A stretch of DNA of 32,000 nucleotides, from the NCBI RefSeq assembly GCF_000195955.2, contig NC_000962.3, positions 630,001 through 662,000 of the forward strand. The letters are read 5' to 3'. The notes under the pieces were generated by a model. It had not been told where the DNA came from and made no database searches. It saw nothing but the letters and a program-made list of their open reading frames with translations. This document shows, piece after piece, positions 18,536-29,449 of this stretch (positions are counted from its first letter, which is position 1; each line of letters begins with the position of its first letter). This DNA is from Mycobacterium tuberculosis H37Rv. Its GTDB lineage: Bacteria > Actinomycetota > Actinomycetes > Mycobacteriales > Mycobacteriaceae. The position numbers and the translations under genes are program-made.

Positions 18536-19672
18536 GTGTGTGGCGTGCGCGTTGCGATCGTCGCCGAGTCGTTCCTCCCGCAGGTGAACGGCGTCAGCAA
18601 CTCGGTGGTCAAGGTACTCGAACATCTGCGTCGAACCGGTCATGAAGCCCTGGTGATCGCGCCCGACACGCCGCCAGGTGAAGACCGCGCCGAGCGACTT
18701 CACGACGGTGTCCGGGTGCACCGGGTGCCGTCGCGGATGTTCCCAAAGGTGACCACGTTGCCGCTCGGCGTGCCCACCTTCCGAATGCTGAGAGCGCTGC
18801 GCGGATTCGATCCGGATGTCGTGCATCTGGCGTCGCCGGCGCTGCTTGGCTACGGTGGACTCCATGCCGCTCGGCGGCTAGGGGTGCCCACGGTCGCGGT
18901 CTACCAAACCGATGTTCCGGGTTTCGCGTCCAGCTACGGCATTCCGATGACAGCACGGGCGGCGTGGGCATGGTTCCGCCACTTGCATCGCCTGGCTGAC
19001 CGCACTCTGGCGCCGTCCACAGCGACAATGGAATCCCTTATTGCCCAGGGCATTCCGCGAGTACACCGGTGGGCACGCGGGGTGGACGTGCAACGTTTCG
19101 CGCCGTCGGCGCGAAACGAGGTGTTGAGGCGACGGTGGTCACCGGACGGCAAACCCATCGTCGGCTTTGTGGGTCGGCTTGCTCCGGAGAAGCATGTCGA
19201 CCGGCTCACGGGTCTGGCGGCCTCCGGCGCCGTGCGGCTGGTGATCGTCGGCGACGGCATCGACCGGGCAAGATTGCAATCAGCAATGCCCACAGCGGTT
19301 TTCACCGGAGCACGGTATGGCAAAGAGCTCGCCGAGGCGTATGCCAGCATGGACGTCTTCGTACATTCCGGTGAGCACGAGACGTTCTGCCAAGTCGTGC
19401 AGGAAGCGCTGGCGTCGGGGCTACCGGTGATCGCTCCGGACGCCGGCGGACCGCGTGATCTGATAACCCCGCACCGCACCGGGCTGCTGTTGCCGGTCGG
19501 CGAGTTCGAGCACCGGCTTCCTGACGCCGTCGCCCACCTGGTGCACGAACGCCAGCGCTACGCGCTGGCCGCCCGGCGCAGTGTGCTGGGCCGCAGTTGG
19601 CCGGTGGTCTGCGATGAGCTGCTCGGCCACTACGAGGCGGTGCGAGGTCGGCGCACGACCCAGGCCGCGTAA
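18536..19672 (+). CDS. mgtA: GDP-mannose-dependent alpha-mannosyltransferase MgtA (formerly PimB)
   Basis: 378 aa GT4; [70 protein letters not shown]. Confidence 0.93.
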
Positions 19673-19688
19673 CGGTAGCGTCGAGGCT

Positions 19689-20393
19689 ATGAGTCGCGCC
19701 GCCTTGGACAAGGATCCCCGCGACGTGGCGTCGATGTTCGATGGCGTCGCCCGCAAGTATGACCTGACCAATACCGTGTTGTCCCTGGGCCAGGACCGGT
19801 ATTGGCGGCGAGCCACTCGGTCGGCGCTGCGGATCGGGCCCGGCCAAAAGGTCCTGGACCTGGCCGCGGGCACCGCCGTGTCCACCGTAGAGCTCACCAA
19901 ATCGGGCGCGTGGTGTGTGGCTGCCGATTTTTCGGTCGGCATGCTTGCGGCGGGCGCTGCGCGCAAGGTTCCCAAGGTCGCCGGTGACGCCACCCGGCTG
20001 CCGTTTGGTGACGACGTGTTCGATGCGGTCACCATCAGTTTCGGGCTGCGTAACGTCGCAAACCAGCAAGCGGCGCTGCGGGAAATGGCTCGTGTCACCC
20101 GGCCGGGCGGGCGGCTACTAGTGTGCGAATTCTCCACGCCCACCAATGCGTTGTTCGCCACCGCCTACAAGGAATACTTGATGCGGGCGCTGCCCCGGGT
20201 GGCGCGGGCGGTGTCTAGCAACCCCGAGGCCTACGAGTACCTCGCGGAGTCGATCAGGGCCTGGCCCGACCAGGCGGTGCTGGCGCACCAGATTTCGCGG
20301 GCCGGGTGGTCGGGGGTGCGGTGGCGCAACCTGACCGGCGGCATCGTAGCTCTGCATGCCGGATACAAACCCGGCAAACAAACCCCGCAGTGA
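19689..20393 (+). CDS. menG: Demethylmenaquinone methyltransferase MenG/UbiE (also annotated menH)
   Basis: 234 aa; [28 protein letters not shown] and [38 protein letters not shown] are UbiE signatures. Confidence 0.94.
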
Positions 20394-20406
20394 CCGGTAG
20401 GAAGAC

Positions 20407-20745
20407 TTAGCGGGTGCCAGCCCGTTGCAGGACGCCCACATGCTCAGGGCAGTAGTGATCGATCGCGGCGCCCAGGAACTGAAACGCTTGGCCCTGGGTG
20501 GTTCCGCGCGGCAGGTTGCGTTGCAGGAAAGTGGCCGACTTGTACGCATCGCCGTCAACGCCTCTGCTCAGCCGTTCGCAGCTGATCTTGGCAAGCCAAG
20601 CGTTGTAGTCCTGCGGGCCGTAGATCCCGAAGCGATGGATCGTGTTGTTGAAGGGGGCGTCGTAGTCGTCGGCCTGCGCCGGCGCTGCCAAACTAACGGC
20701 AGCCACCGTCATGCCGACGACAACAGCCAGCTTTGTTCCCTTCAT
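20407..20745 (-). CDS. Secreted DUF732-like protein (Rv0559c-like)
   Basis: 112 aa; signal peptide MKGTKLAVVVGMTVAAVSLAAPAQA; C-terminal AFQFLGAAIDHYCPEH. Confidence 0.88.
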   Translation of the reverse strand: MKGTKLAVVVGMTVAAVSLAAPAQADDYDAPFNNTIHRFGIYGPQDYNAWLAKISCERLSRGVDGDAYKSATFLQRNLPRGTTQGQAFQFLGAAIDHYCPEHVGVLQRAGTR

Positions 20746-20778
20746 TAGCCGGACTATACGCGTCGTTTGGGTGCGCCG

Positions 20779-21528
<750 letters not shown>

Positions 21529-22755
21529 TCAGCTGAACGGCGGTCGTCGATCGACGAGCCGGGACAATTGACCGCCACCGCGCCACACCCGCGCCACCCA
21601 GTCGCGGTCGTCGTCGGTGACCAGATTGGACATCACCCGCACGGCGATGTTCATCAATGCGGTGGAGCGCATCGTGATGGGCCCAGTCGTGGGTAGGAAC
21701 CGTGGGAAGGTCAGTAACAACGCTAGCCGGCGCGCAACCGAGAAGCCGCGACCGTAGCGGTCGGCCAGCAGCGACGGCCACAGCCGTGCCAGGTCACGCG
21801 AATCCAGCAGTTCGGCGGCCAGCCGCCCGGTTTCCAGCCCGTAGTCGATGCCCTCGCCATTGAGCGGGTTGACGCAGGCCGCGGCGTCGCCGATGAGCAT
21901 CCAGTTGGACCCGGCCACTCCAGAAACCGCGCCGCCCATCGGCAACAGCGCCGACGACACCGCGCGCGGCTGGCCGGTGAAGCCCCACTCGTCACGGCGC
22001 AGGTCGGTGTAGTAGGAGATCAGCGGGCGCAGGGCCAGATCGGCTGGCCGTCTTGAGGTCGACAACGCTCCCACGCCGATGTTCACTTCGCCGTTGCCCA
22101 GCGGAAAGATCCAGCCGTAGCCGGGTAGCACGGCGCCGTCGGGGGAGCGCAGTTCCAGATGCGACGTCAGCCACGGGTCATCGCTGTACGCCGTGCTCAG
22201 GTACCCCCGGACCGCGACGCCATAGACCGTCTCCCGATGCCATCGCCGGCCCAGCTTGCGTCCCAGCGGGGATCGGGCCCCGTCGGCAACGATCAGCTGG
22301 CGGCAGCCCACCTCAGTGCCGTCGGCCAGGGTCAGCGATACCACCCGCCTCGATGAATCATGGTGAACAGCAACGGCTTTAGCGCCAAGTAGCATGCGCG
22401 CACCGGTGTCCTCGGCGACCTTTCGGATCCGGTCGTCCAGCTCGAGACGGGCCACCGCGCTGCCGTACGACGGGAAGCTCGGACCGGGCCAGTCCACTTC
22501 CACCTCGCCTCCGAAGCCGCTCATCCGCAACCCACGATGCCGGATGTGGTCCGCCAGCCACTTACCTAGTCCCAGCTGGTGCAGTTCGGCGACCGCGCGT
22601 GGTGTCAGCCCGTCGCCGCAAGGCTTGTCGCGGGGGAAGGTGGCGGTGTCGATGACGAGGACGTCGCGGCCCGCGCGGGCAGCCCAGGCGGCCGCAGCTG
22701 ACCCGGCCGGTCCGGCGCCCACGACCACCACGTCGGCACTGTCATCCACGCTCAC
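21529..22755 (-). CDS. menJ: Menaquinone beta-isoprene reductase MenJ (geranylgeranyl reductase family)
   Basis: 408 aa from GTG at 22755; DVVVVGAGPAGSAAAAWAARAGRDVLVIDTATFPRDKPCGDGLTPRAV, WMLIGDAAACVNPLNGEGIDYGLETG. Confidence 0.92.
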   Translation of the reverse strand: MSVDDSADVVVVGAGPAGSAAAAWAARAGRDVLVIDTATFPRDKPCGDGLTPRAVAELHQLGLGKWLADHIRHRGLRMSGFGGEVEVDWPGPSFPSYGSAVARLELDDRIRKVAEDTGARMLLGAKAVAVHHDSSRRVVSLTLADGTEVGCRQLIVADGARSPLGRKLGRRWHRETVYGVAVRGYLSTAYSDDPWLTSHLELRSPDGAVLPGYGWIFPLGNGEVNIGVGALSTSRRPADLALRPLISYYTDLRRDEWGFTGQPRAVSSALLPMGGAVSGVAGSNWMLIGDAAACVNPLNGEGIDYGLETGRLAAELLDSRDLARLWPSLLADRYGRGFSVARRLALLLTFPRFLPTTGPITMRSTALMNIAVRVMSNLVTDDDRDWVARVWRGGGQLSRLVDRRPPFS

Positions 22756-22770
22756 CAGTATGTTGGTCGA

Positions 22771-23778
22771 GTGAGGACTCCGGCGACGGTGGTGGCAGGC
22801 GTTGACCTGGGCGACGCTGTCTTTGCCGCGGCCGTGCGTGCTGGTGTCGCGCGAGTCGAGCAACTCATGGACACCGAGCTGCGCCAGGCCGACGAGGTGA
22901 TGAGCGATTCGCTGCTGCACTTGTTCAATGCCGGCGGCAAGCGGTTCCGTCCACTGTTCACCGTGCTGTCGGCGCAGATCGGGCCGCAGCCGGATGCCGC
23001 AGCGGTGACAGTCGCCGGGGCGGTGATCGAGATGATCCACCTGGCGACCCTCTACCACGATGACGTGATGGACGAGGCCCAGGTCCGCCGCGGCGCGCCC
23101 AGCGCCAACGCGCAATGGGGTAACAACGTCGCGATCCTGGCTGGCGACTACCTACTGGCCACCGCATCGCGGCTGGTGGCGAGGTTGGGACCGGAGGCGG
23201 TGCGGATCATCGCCGACACCTTCGCCCAGTTGGTGACCGGGCAGATGCGTGAGACGCGCGGCACGTCGGAGAACGTGGACTCCATCGAGCAGTACCTGAA
23301 GGTGGTCCAGGAGAAGACCGGCAGTCTAATCGGGGCGGCCGGCCGGCTGGGTGGGATGTTCTCCGGTGCCACCGACGAACAGGTCGAACGGCTGAGCCGC
23401 CTCGGCGGCGTGGTGGGCACCGCGTTTCAGATCGCCGACGACATTATCGACATCGACAGCGAGTCTGACGAGTCGGGCAAGCTGCCCGGTACCGATGTGC
23501 GCGAAGGAGTACACACCCTGCCGATGCTCTACGCGTTACGGGAATCAGGGCCCGATTGCGCTCGGTTGCGCGCACTGCTGAACGGACCGGTCGACGACGA
23601 CGCCGAGGTGCGCGAGGCGCTGACATTGTTGCGGGCGTCGCCGGGCATGGCCCGGGCCAAAGACGTCCTGGCGCAGTACGCGGCTCAGGCACGTCACGAG
23701 CTGGCCTTACTGCCCGACGTCCCGGGACGGCGTGCCCTGGCGGCGCTGGTCGACTACACCGTGAGCCGGCACGGCTAG
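22771..23778 (+). CDS. grcC1: Polyprenyl diphosphate synthase GrcC1
   Basis: 335 aa; GGKRFRPLF, LYHDDVMDEAQVRRG, IADDIIDIDSES trans-prenyltransferase Asp-rich motifs. Confidence 0.94.
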   Translation: MRTPATVVAGVDLGDAVFAAAVRAGVARVEQLMDTELRQADEVMSDSLLHLFNAGGKRFRPLFTVLSAQIGPQPDAAAVTVAGAVIEMIHLATLYHDDVMDEAQVRRGAPSANAQWGNNVAILAGDYLLATASRLVARLGPEAVRIIADTFAQLVTGQMRETRGTSENVDSIEQYLKVVQEKTGSLIGAAGRLGGMFSGATDEQVERLSRLGGVVGTAFQIADDIIDIDSESDESGKLPGTDVREGVHTLPMLYALRESGPDCARLRALLNGPVDDDAEVREALTLLRASPGMARAKDVLAQYAAQARHELALLPDVPGRRALAALVDYTVSRHG

Positions 23779-23878
23779 GTTGCCCGGCCAGGCTCGATTG
23801 CGGAACCAGCGGATACCCCTCAGGCGTTGAACCAGCAGTAATCTCCCAAGTTGAGGTGTTCTAGGAGGACACGCACTG

Positions 23879-24739
23879 ATGACTTGGCATCCGCATGCCA
23901 ACCGGCTGAAGACGTTCCTGCTGTTGGTCGGTATGTCCGCGTTGATCGTGGCCGTCGGCGCGTTGTTTGGCAGGACGGCGCTGATGCTGGCGGCGCTGTT
24001 CGCCGTCGGAATGAACGTCTACGTCTACTTCAATAGCGACAAGCTGGCGCTGCGGGCGATGCATGCGCAACCGGTTTCCGAACTGCAGGCGCCGGCGATG
24101 TACCGGATCGTTCGAGAGCTGGCGACCAGCGCTCACCAGCCGATGCCCCGGCTGTACATCAGCGACACCGCCGCACCCAACGCGTTCGCCACCGGCCGCA
24201 ACCCGCGCAATGCCGCGGTGTGTTGCACGACTGGCATCCTGCGTATCCTCAATGAGCGTGAGCTGCGTGCCGTGCTGGGCCACGAGCTGTCTCACGTCTA
24301 CAACCGCGACATCCTGATCTCTTGTGTGGCAGGTGCGCTGGCAGCGGTGATTACCGCGCTGGCCAACATGGCCATGTGGGCCGGCATGTTCGGCGGCAAC
24401 CGAGACAACGCCAATCCCTTTGCACTGCTTCTGGTTGCGCTGCTGGGCCCGATCGCGGCAACCGTGATACGGATGGCCGTGTCGCGATCGCGGGAGTACC
24501 AGGCCGACGAGTCGGGTGCCGTCCTGACCGGGGACCCGCTGGCGTTGGCGTCGGCATTGCGCAAGATCTCCGGCGGCGTCCAGGCGGCGCCGCTGCCGCC
24601 GGAGCCGCAGCTGGCCAGCCAGGCGCACCTGATGATCGCCAACCCGTTCCGGGCGGGTGAGCGGATCGGATCGCTGTTTTCGACTCACCCACCGATCGAG
24701 GACCGCATTCGCCGGCTGGAGGCGATGGCGCGCGGCTGA
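23879..24739 (+). CDS. htpX: Membrane zinc metalloprotease HtpX
   Basis: 286 aa; [18 protein letters not shown] zinc motif; taggaggac RBS upstream. Confidence 0.96.
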   Translation: MTWHPHANRLKTFLLLVGMSALIVAVGALFGRTALMLAALFAVGMNVYVYFNSDKLALRAMHAQPVSELQAPAMYRIVRELATSAHQPMPRLYISDTAAPNAFATGRNPRNAAVCCTTGILRILNERELRAVLGHELSHVYNRDILISCVAGALAAVITALANMAMWAGMFGGNRDNANPFALLLVALLGPIAATVIRMAVSRSREYQADESGAVLTGDPLALASALRKISGGVQAAPLPPEPQLASQAHLMIANPFRAGERIGSLFSTHPPIEDRIRRLEAMARG

Positions 24740-24923
24740 TAACTGTGGGTATCGAGATGCCATCGGTGATGAGTCAGGCGCCGCTATCGAGGAGGCGGTC
24801 GATCAGTTCGTGGCTGGCATGCCGGCGTGCGGCGAGGACGCGCCCGTCCCACTGACCGAACGCAACAGCCGAACTATCGTTGTGCGGACATCACCGGCAT
24901 GCGTGCCGGCAGCGGTGGCAAGC

Positions 24924-25949
24924 CTAAAACCCCGAGCCGTGCACCTCGTGTCCGGGGACCTCGGCGATCAAGCCTCTATACGCCTGCTCCACCGTCGAAC
25001 CATGGTTGATGACGGCGTCGACCTCGCGGGCGATCGGCATGTTCAGCCCGAACTCGTTGGCGAACTCCATCACCACACCGGCAGCTTTGACGCCCTCGGC
25101 GACCTGGCTCATCGATGCGATGATTTCGTCGATCGGCTTGCCTGCGCCGAGTTGTTCGCCCACATGCCGGTTGCGGCTGCGTTGGCTGGTGCAGGTGACG
25201 ATCAGGTCGCCGAGACCGGCCAGTCCGGGGAACGTTTCGCTTTTCCCACCCATTGCCACACCCAGCTTCGTCATCTCGCGCAGCGCGCGGGCGATCACCA
25301 GGGCGCGGGTGTTTTCGCCGATACCCAGCGAATAGCCCATCCCGACCGCGATGGCGAAGACGTTCTTGAGGGCGCCCGCCGTCTCGACACCGACGACGTC
25401 GTCAGTTGTGTACACGCGGAAGCGCCGGGTGCGAAACATTGCTGATAGCCGGGTCGCCAGGTGCTGGTCGGGCATGGCCAGCACCGCCGCGGCCGCGTAG
25501 CCCTCGGCCACCTCGCGGGCGATGTTCGGGCCGGCCAGGATGCCTGCCGGATGACCGGGCAGTACCTCCTCGATGATCTGCGACATCCGCATATTGGTGC
25601 CCTGTTCGAGCCCCTTGACCAGGGACACCACTGGCACCCAGGGTCGCAGCTCTTTGCTCAGCTCGACAAGCACTCCGCGGAAACCGTGCGAGGGCACCCC
25701 CATGACGACGACGTCGGCGCAGTTGGCGGCCTCGGTGAAGTCTGTGGTGGCGCGCAGGGTGTCGCTGAGCACCACGTCGTTGCCGAGGTATCGGCTATTG
25801 CGGTGGTTGTCGTTGATGTCCTGCGCGGTGACCGCCGAGCGCACCCACTGCAAGGTTGGTCCGCGGCGCGCACAGATGGAGGCGACGGTGGTGCCCCAGG
25901 AACCGCCGCCGAGGACAACGACTTTGGGTTCGCGCTTGTTGGCTGCCAT
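24924..25949 (-). CDS. gpdA1: Glycerol-3-phosphate dehydrogenase [NAD(P)+] GpdA1
   Basis: 341 aa from MAANKREPK; VVVLGGGSWGTTVAS, GPNIAREVAEGYAAAAVLA, GLGDLIVTCTSQRSRNRHVG. Confidence 0.93.
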   Translation of the reverse strand: MAANKREPKVVVLGGGSWGTTVASICARRGPTLQWVRSAVTAQDINDNHRNSRYLGNDVVLSDTLRATTDFTEAANCADVVVMGVPSHGFRGVLVELSKELRPWVPVVSLVKGLEQGTNMRMSQIIEEVLPGHPAGILAGPNIAREVAEGYAAAAVLAMPDQHLATRLSAMFRTRRFRVYTTDDVVGVETAGALKNVFAIAVGMGYSLGIGENTRALVIARALREMTKLGVAMGGKSETFPGLAGLGDLIVTCTSQRSRNRHVGEQLGAGKPIDEIIASMSQVAEGVKAAGVVMEFANEFGLNMPIAREVDAVINHGSTVEQAYRGLIAEVPGHEVHGSGF

Positions 25950-26009
25950 GGCGTTCAGCGTATTGCGGCAACCGGACATTTGATATCCGTCGACGAACCG
26001 CAGGAGCAA

Positions 26010-27470
26010 TCATGCCGCGCCGAACACCATTGCCTCCTCGATGCGGTCGAATCGGTAGTCGATGGCGTCGGCCAAGTAGTTCTGTCGTACATTCCACGGC
26101 CGCTTGGTGCCGGACTTGGGCAGCGCGTACGGCGCCCGCTTCACATAGCCGGCCTGAATGTCCCAGGACGGTTTCTCGTCCATCGGCTCGTCGCCCAGGT
26201 GCGGGGCGGCGCGCGTGTGTCCATGGGCGGCCATGTGTGCCAGTAGTTTTGCCGTCGCCCGGGCCGTCATGTCGGCGCGCAGCGTCCAGGACGCGTTCGT
26301 GTAACCCACACACCAGAACAGGTTGGGCACGTCTTCGAGCATGTGCGCCTTGTAGACAAAGCGATCCCGAGGGTCGATCTCGACGCCGTCGAGGCTGATC
26401 GCGGCCCCGCCAAGCGCTTGCAACTGCAGGCCGGTGGCGGTGACGATAATGTCCGCATCGAGGTGCCCACCGGATTTGAGTGCAATACCGGTGGCGTCGA
26501 AGTGGTCGATATGGTCGGTGACCACCTCGGCGCGGCCGCTGGTGATGGCGTTGTACAGGTCGGCGTCCGGGATCAGGCACAGTCGCTGATCCCACGGGTT
26601 GTACCGCGGCGTGAAGTGGGTTTCGATGTCGTAGCCCTCGGGCAGATTTTTGATCGCGGTACGGCGCAGCAGCCATTTCACGAACACCGGTGTCTTGCGG
26701 GACAAGAACCAGAACACCGCTTCCAATAACGCGTTGTACATTCGGACAATCAAGTGAGAAGTTTTGGGAGGCAACGCTTTACGAACAACGGCGGCGAACG
26801 TGCTGTATTTGGATGCCGAGATCAGGTAGGTCGGGGATCGCTGCAGCATGGTTACCTTTTCGGCCCGGTCGGTCAGCGAGGGGATCAGTGTGACCGCGGT
26901 GGCCCCGCTGCCGATCACCACGATCTTCTTGCCGGTGTAGTCCAGATCCTCTGGCCAGTGCTGGGGATGCACTACCGCGCCGCCAAACTTCTCGATGCCT
27001 CCGAAGTCGGGGGTGTAGCCCTCGTCATAGTTGTAGTAGCCGCTGCCGAAGAACACGAACCGGCTGCGGTAGTGCTTGTGCACGCCGTTCTGCTCGAAGG
27101 TGACGGTCCAGGTATCGGTGGATGAGTCCCAGTCCGCTGCGCGAACGTAGCTGTTGAACTCGATGTGGCGATCGATGCCGTACTTGTGGGCCATGTCGGT
27201 GAGGTACTCGCGGATGTGGGCGCCGTCGGCGATGCCTTCTTCGCGGGTCCACGGCTCGTAGGGAAACGACAGCGTGAAGATGCTGCTGTCGGAGCGCACG
27301 CCGGGGTAGCGGAACAGATCCCAGGTGCCGCCGATCCGCGCACGCCTTTCCAGGATGGTGTAGGTCAGCTGCGGGTTGCGTTCGATGATCCGGTAGGCCG
27401 CGCCCAGTCCGGAGATGCCGGCGCCGACGATGACGACGTCGACACAGCCGGCGTTTGGAGTCACGCTCAT
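26010..27470 (-). CDS. FAD-containing Baeyer-Villiger type monooxygenase (Rv0565c-like)
   Basis: 486 aa; VIVGAGISGLGAAYRI, RIGGTWDLFRYPGVRSDS, FFGSGYYNYDEGY, VIGSGATAVTLIP. Confidence 0.92.
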   Translation of the reverse strand: MSVTPNAGCVDVVIVGAGISGLGAAYRIIERNPQLTYTILERRARIGGTWDLFRYPGVRSDSSIFTLSFPYEPWTREEGIADGAHIREYLTDMAHKYGIDRHIEFNSYVRAADWDSSTDTWTVTFEQNGVHKHYRSRFVFFGSGYYNYDEGYTPDFGGIEKFGGAVVHPQHWPEDLDYTGKKIVVIGSGATAVTLIPSLTDRAEKVTMLQRSPTYLISASKYSTFAAVVRKALPPKTSHLIVRMYNALLEAVFWFLSRKTPVFVKWLLRRTAIKNLPEGYDIETHFTPRYNPWDQRLCLIPDADLYNAITSGRAEVVTDHIDHFDATGIALKSGGHLDADIIVTATGLQLQALGGAAISLDGVEIDPRDRFVYKAHMLEDVPNLFWCVGYTNASWTLRADMTARATAKLLAHMAAHGHTRAAPHLGDEPMDEKPSWDIQAGYVKRAPYALPKSGTKRPWNVRQNYLADAIDYRFDRIEEAMVFGAA

Positions 27471-27547
27471 CGTGAACCTCGCTTGAAATCCTGGATCAGC
27501 GACCAGGGTAGCCAGGACATCCAGCCAGCCCCTCCAGATCGCCGCGA

Positions 27548-28039
27548 CTAGCGGTAGTTCACAAACTGCAATGCCACATCCAGGTCGGCCTTCTTCAGCA
27601 TGGCGATGACGGCCTGCAGGTCGTCGCGCTTCTTGCTGGTGACCCGGACCTCGTCGCCCTGGATCTGGGTTTTGACGTTCTTGGGGCCTGCGTCGCGGAT
27701 GAGCTTGGTGATCTTCTTGGCGTTCTCGCTGCTAATGCCCTGTTTGAGGGCGCCGGTAACTTTGTACGTCTTACCCGAGGCCTGCGGTTCTCCGGCCTCG
27801 AAGGCCTTCAGCGAGATGTCGCGGCGGATCAGCTTCTCCTTGAAGACGTCGACGGCGGCCTTGACACGCTCCTCGGTGGACGAGGTGAGCTCGACGGCCT
27901 CGTCGCCCTTCCACGCGATCTTGGTGTCGGTGCCGCGGAAGTCGAAGCGCGTGGCCAGCTCCTTGGCGGCCTGGTTGAGTGCGTTGTCGACCTCCTGCCG
28001 GTCGACCTTGCTGACGATGTCGAACGATGAGTCCGCCAT
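27548..28039 (-). CDS. YajQ-like nucleotide-binding protein (Rv0566c-like)
   Basis: 163 aa; [65 protein letters not shown]. Confidence 0.95.
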
Positions 28040-28108
28040 TCGGTTCGTCCCTCCTTCGCGAGATAGCCGTGTGTGCTCTGTCTACCCGGTCGTTGTACCC
28101 TGCTAGGC

Positions 28109-28192
28109 GGCAGGTTGCCCGAGCGGCCAATGGGAGCGGACTGTAAATCCGTCGCGAAAGCTACGCAGGTTCGAATCCTGCACCTGCCACCA
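28109..28192 (+). tRNA. tyrT: tRNA-Tyr (anticodon GTA), type II with long variable arm and encoded CCA
   Basis: Acceptor GGCAGGT/ACCTGCC, anticodon loop CTGTAAA between CGGA/TCCG, T arm gcaggTTCGAATcctgc, terminal ACCA. Confidence 0.96.
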
Positions 28193-28320
28193 CGGTCAAG
28201 CTGGTATCCGGGCATGGGCGCCGGGCATGGCCACGCCCGCGCGTTGGTGCCCCAACGTCGCCTACGGTCGGTAGACAGCGGCGCGACACCCGCACTCCAA
28301 CAATTTCGGGAGGTCAAGTG

Positions 28321-29340
28321 GTGGAGTTGAGCCCGGATCGGATCATGGCGATCGGCGGCGGGTACGGCCCGTCTAAGGTACTGCTTACCGCGGTCGGGCT
28401 TGGGCTGTTCACCGAACTTGGCGATGAGGCCATGACCGCCGAGGCCATTGCCGACCGCCTCGGGTTGCTAAAGCGACCGGCGATTGACTTCCTCGACGCC
28501 TTGGTCTCGCTGGACTTGCTGGCGCGAGACGGCGACGGACCCGGGTCCCACTACCGCAATACACCGGAGACAGCGCACTTTCTGGACGAGGCCCGTCCCA
28601 CCTACGCGGGCGGCCTGCTGAAGATCTGGAACGAACGCAACTACCGCTTCTGGGCGGATTTGACCGAGGCGCTCAAGACCGGGAAGGCACAAAGCGAGGT
28701 CAAGCAAACCGGGCGGCCCTTCTTCGAGGCGCTCTATGCAGATCCTCGGCGGCTCGAGGCGTTCATGGCGGCTATGGACGCGGCGTCGCGACGCAACATC
28801 GAGCTCCTCGCGAAACGCTTTCCGTTCGAGCGCTACCGGCGTCTCTGTGACGTGGGCTGCGCGGACGGTCTGTTGTCACGAATCGTCGCGGCGGCTCACC
28901 CGCACTTGCAGTGCGTCAGCTTCGACTTGCCCGCGGTGACCGAGATCGCTCGACGCAAGCTGACAGCCGAGGGTTTGGGTGAGCGGGTGCAGGCGTGCGC
29001 CGGTGACTTTTTGGCCGACCCTCTGCCGGCGGCCGATGTCATCACGATGGGCCAGATTCTGCACGACTGGAACCTCGACCGTAAACAGCAGTTGGTCGCT
29101 AAGGCCTACGAGGCCCTGTCCAAGGAGGGGGCTTTCATTGTGATCGAGACATTGATCGACGACGCGCGACGCGAAAACACAACCGGCCTGATGATGTCAC
29201 TGAACATGCTTATCGAGTTCGGTGACGCGTTCGACTACTCCGCCGCCGACTTCCGGGGGTGGTGTGGCGAGGCGGGATTCCGTTCGTTCGAGGTGATCCC
29301 GCTTGCCGGCGGCTCCAGCGCGGCGGTGGCCTATAAATAG
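28321..29340 (+). CDS. SAM-dependent O-methyltransferase (family 2) (Rv0567-like)
   Basis: 339 aa from GTG (alternative GTG at 28318); CDVGCADGLLSRIVAA, ADVITMGQILHDWNLDRKQQLV. Confidence 0.9.
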   Translation: MELSPDRIMAIGGGYGPSKVLLTAVGLGLFTELGDEAMTAEAIADRLGLLKRPAIDFLDALVSLDLLARDGDGPGSHYRNTPETAHFLDEARPTYAGGLLKIWNERNYRFWADLTEALKTGKAQSEVKQTGRPFFEALYADPRRLEAFMAAMDAASRRNIELLAKRFPFERYRRLCDVGCADGLLSRIVAAAHPHLQCVSFDLPAVTEIARRKLTAEGLGERVQACAGDFLADPLPAADVITMGQILHDWNLDRKQQLVAKAYEALSKEGAFIVIETLIDDARRENTTGLMMSLNMLIEFGDAFDYSAADFRGWCGEAGFRSFEVIPLAGGSSAAVAYK

Positions 29341-29370
29341 TGGGCAATGACATGGTGGGTGGCCGACCAA

Positions 29371-29406
29371 CGTGAACTGAGGACGGCAAATCGGCCTCAG
29401 TTCACG
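29371..29406. promoter_or_regulatory. Perfect 12-bp-arm inverted repeat between methyltransferase and CYP genes
   Basis: CGTGAACTGAGG-ACGGCAAATCGG-CCTCAGTTCACG; no T-tract follows. Confidence 0.85.
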
Positions 29407-29449
29407 CTCGGCGCTTTGAGCAACAAATTGAACACATAGAATCGTGTCG

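Noticed and set aside
28109-28192. tRNA gene as an integration site for a mobile element
   Set aside because: No integrase, no duplicated tRNA 3' end and no attachment-like direct repeat could be seen nearby; the flanking genes are ordinary core genes.
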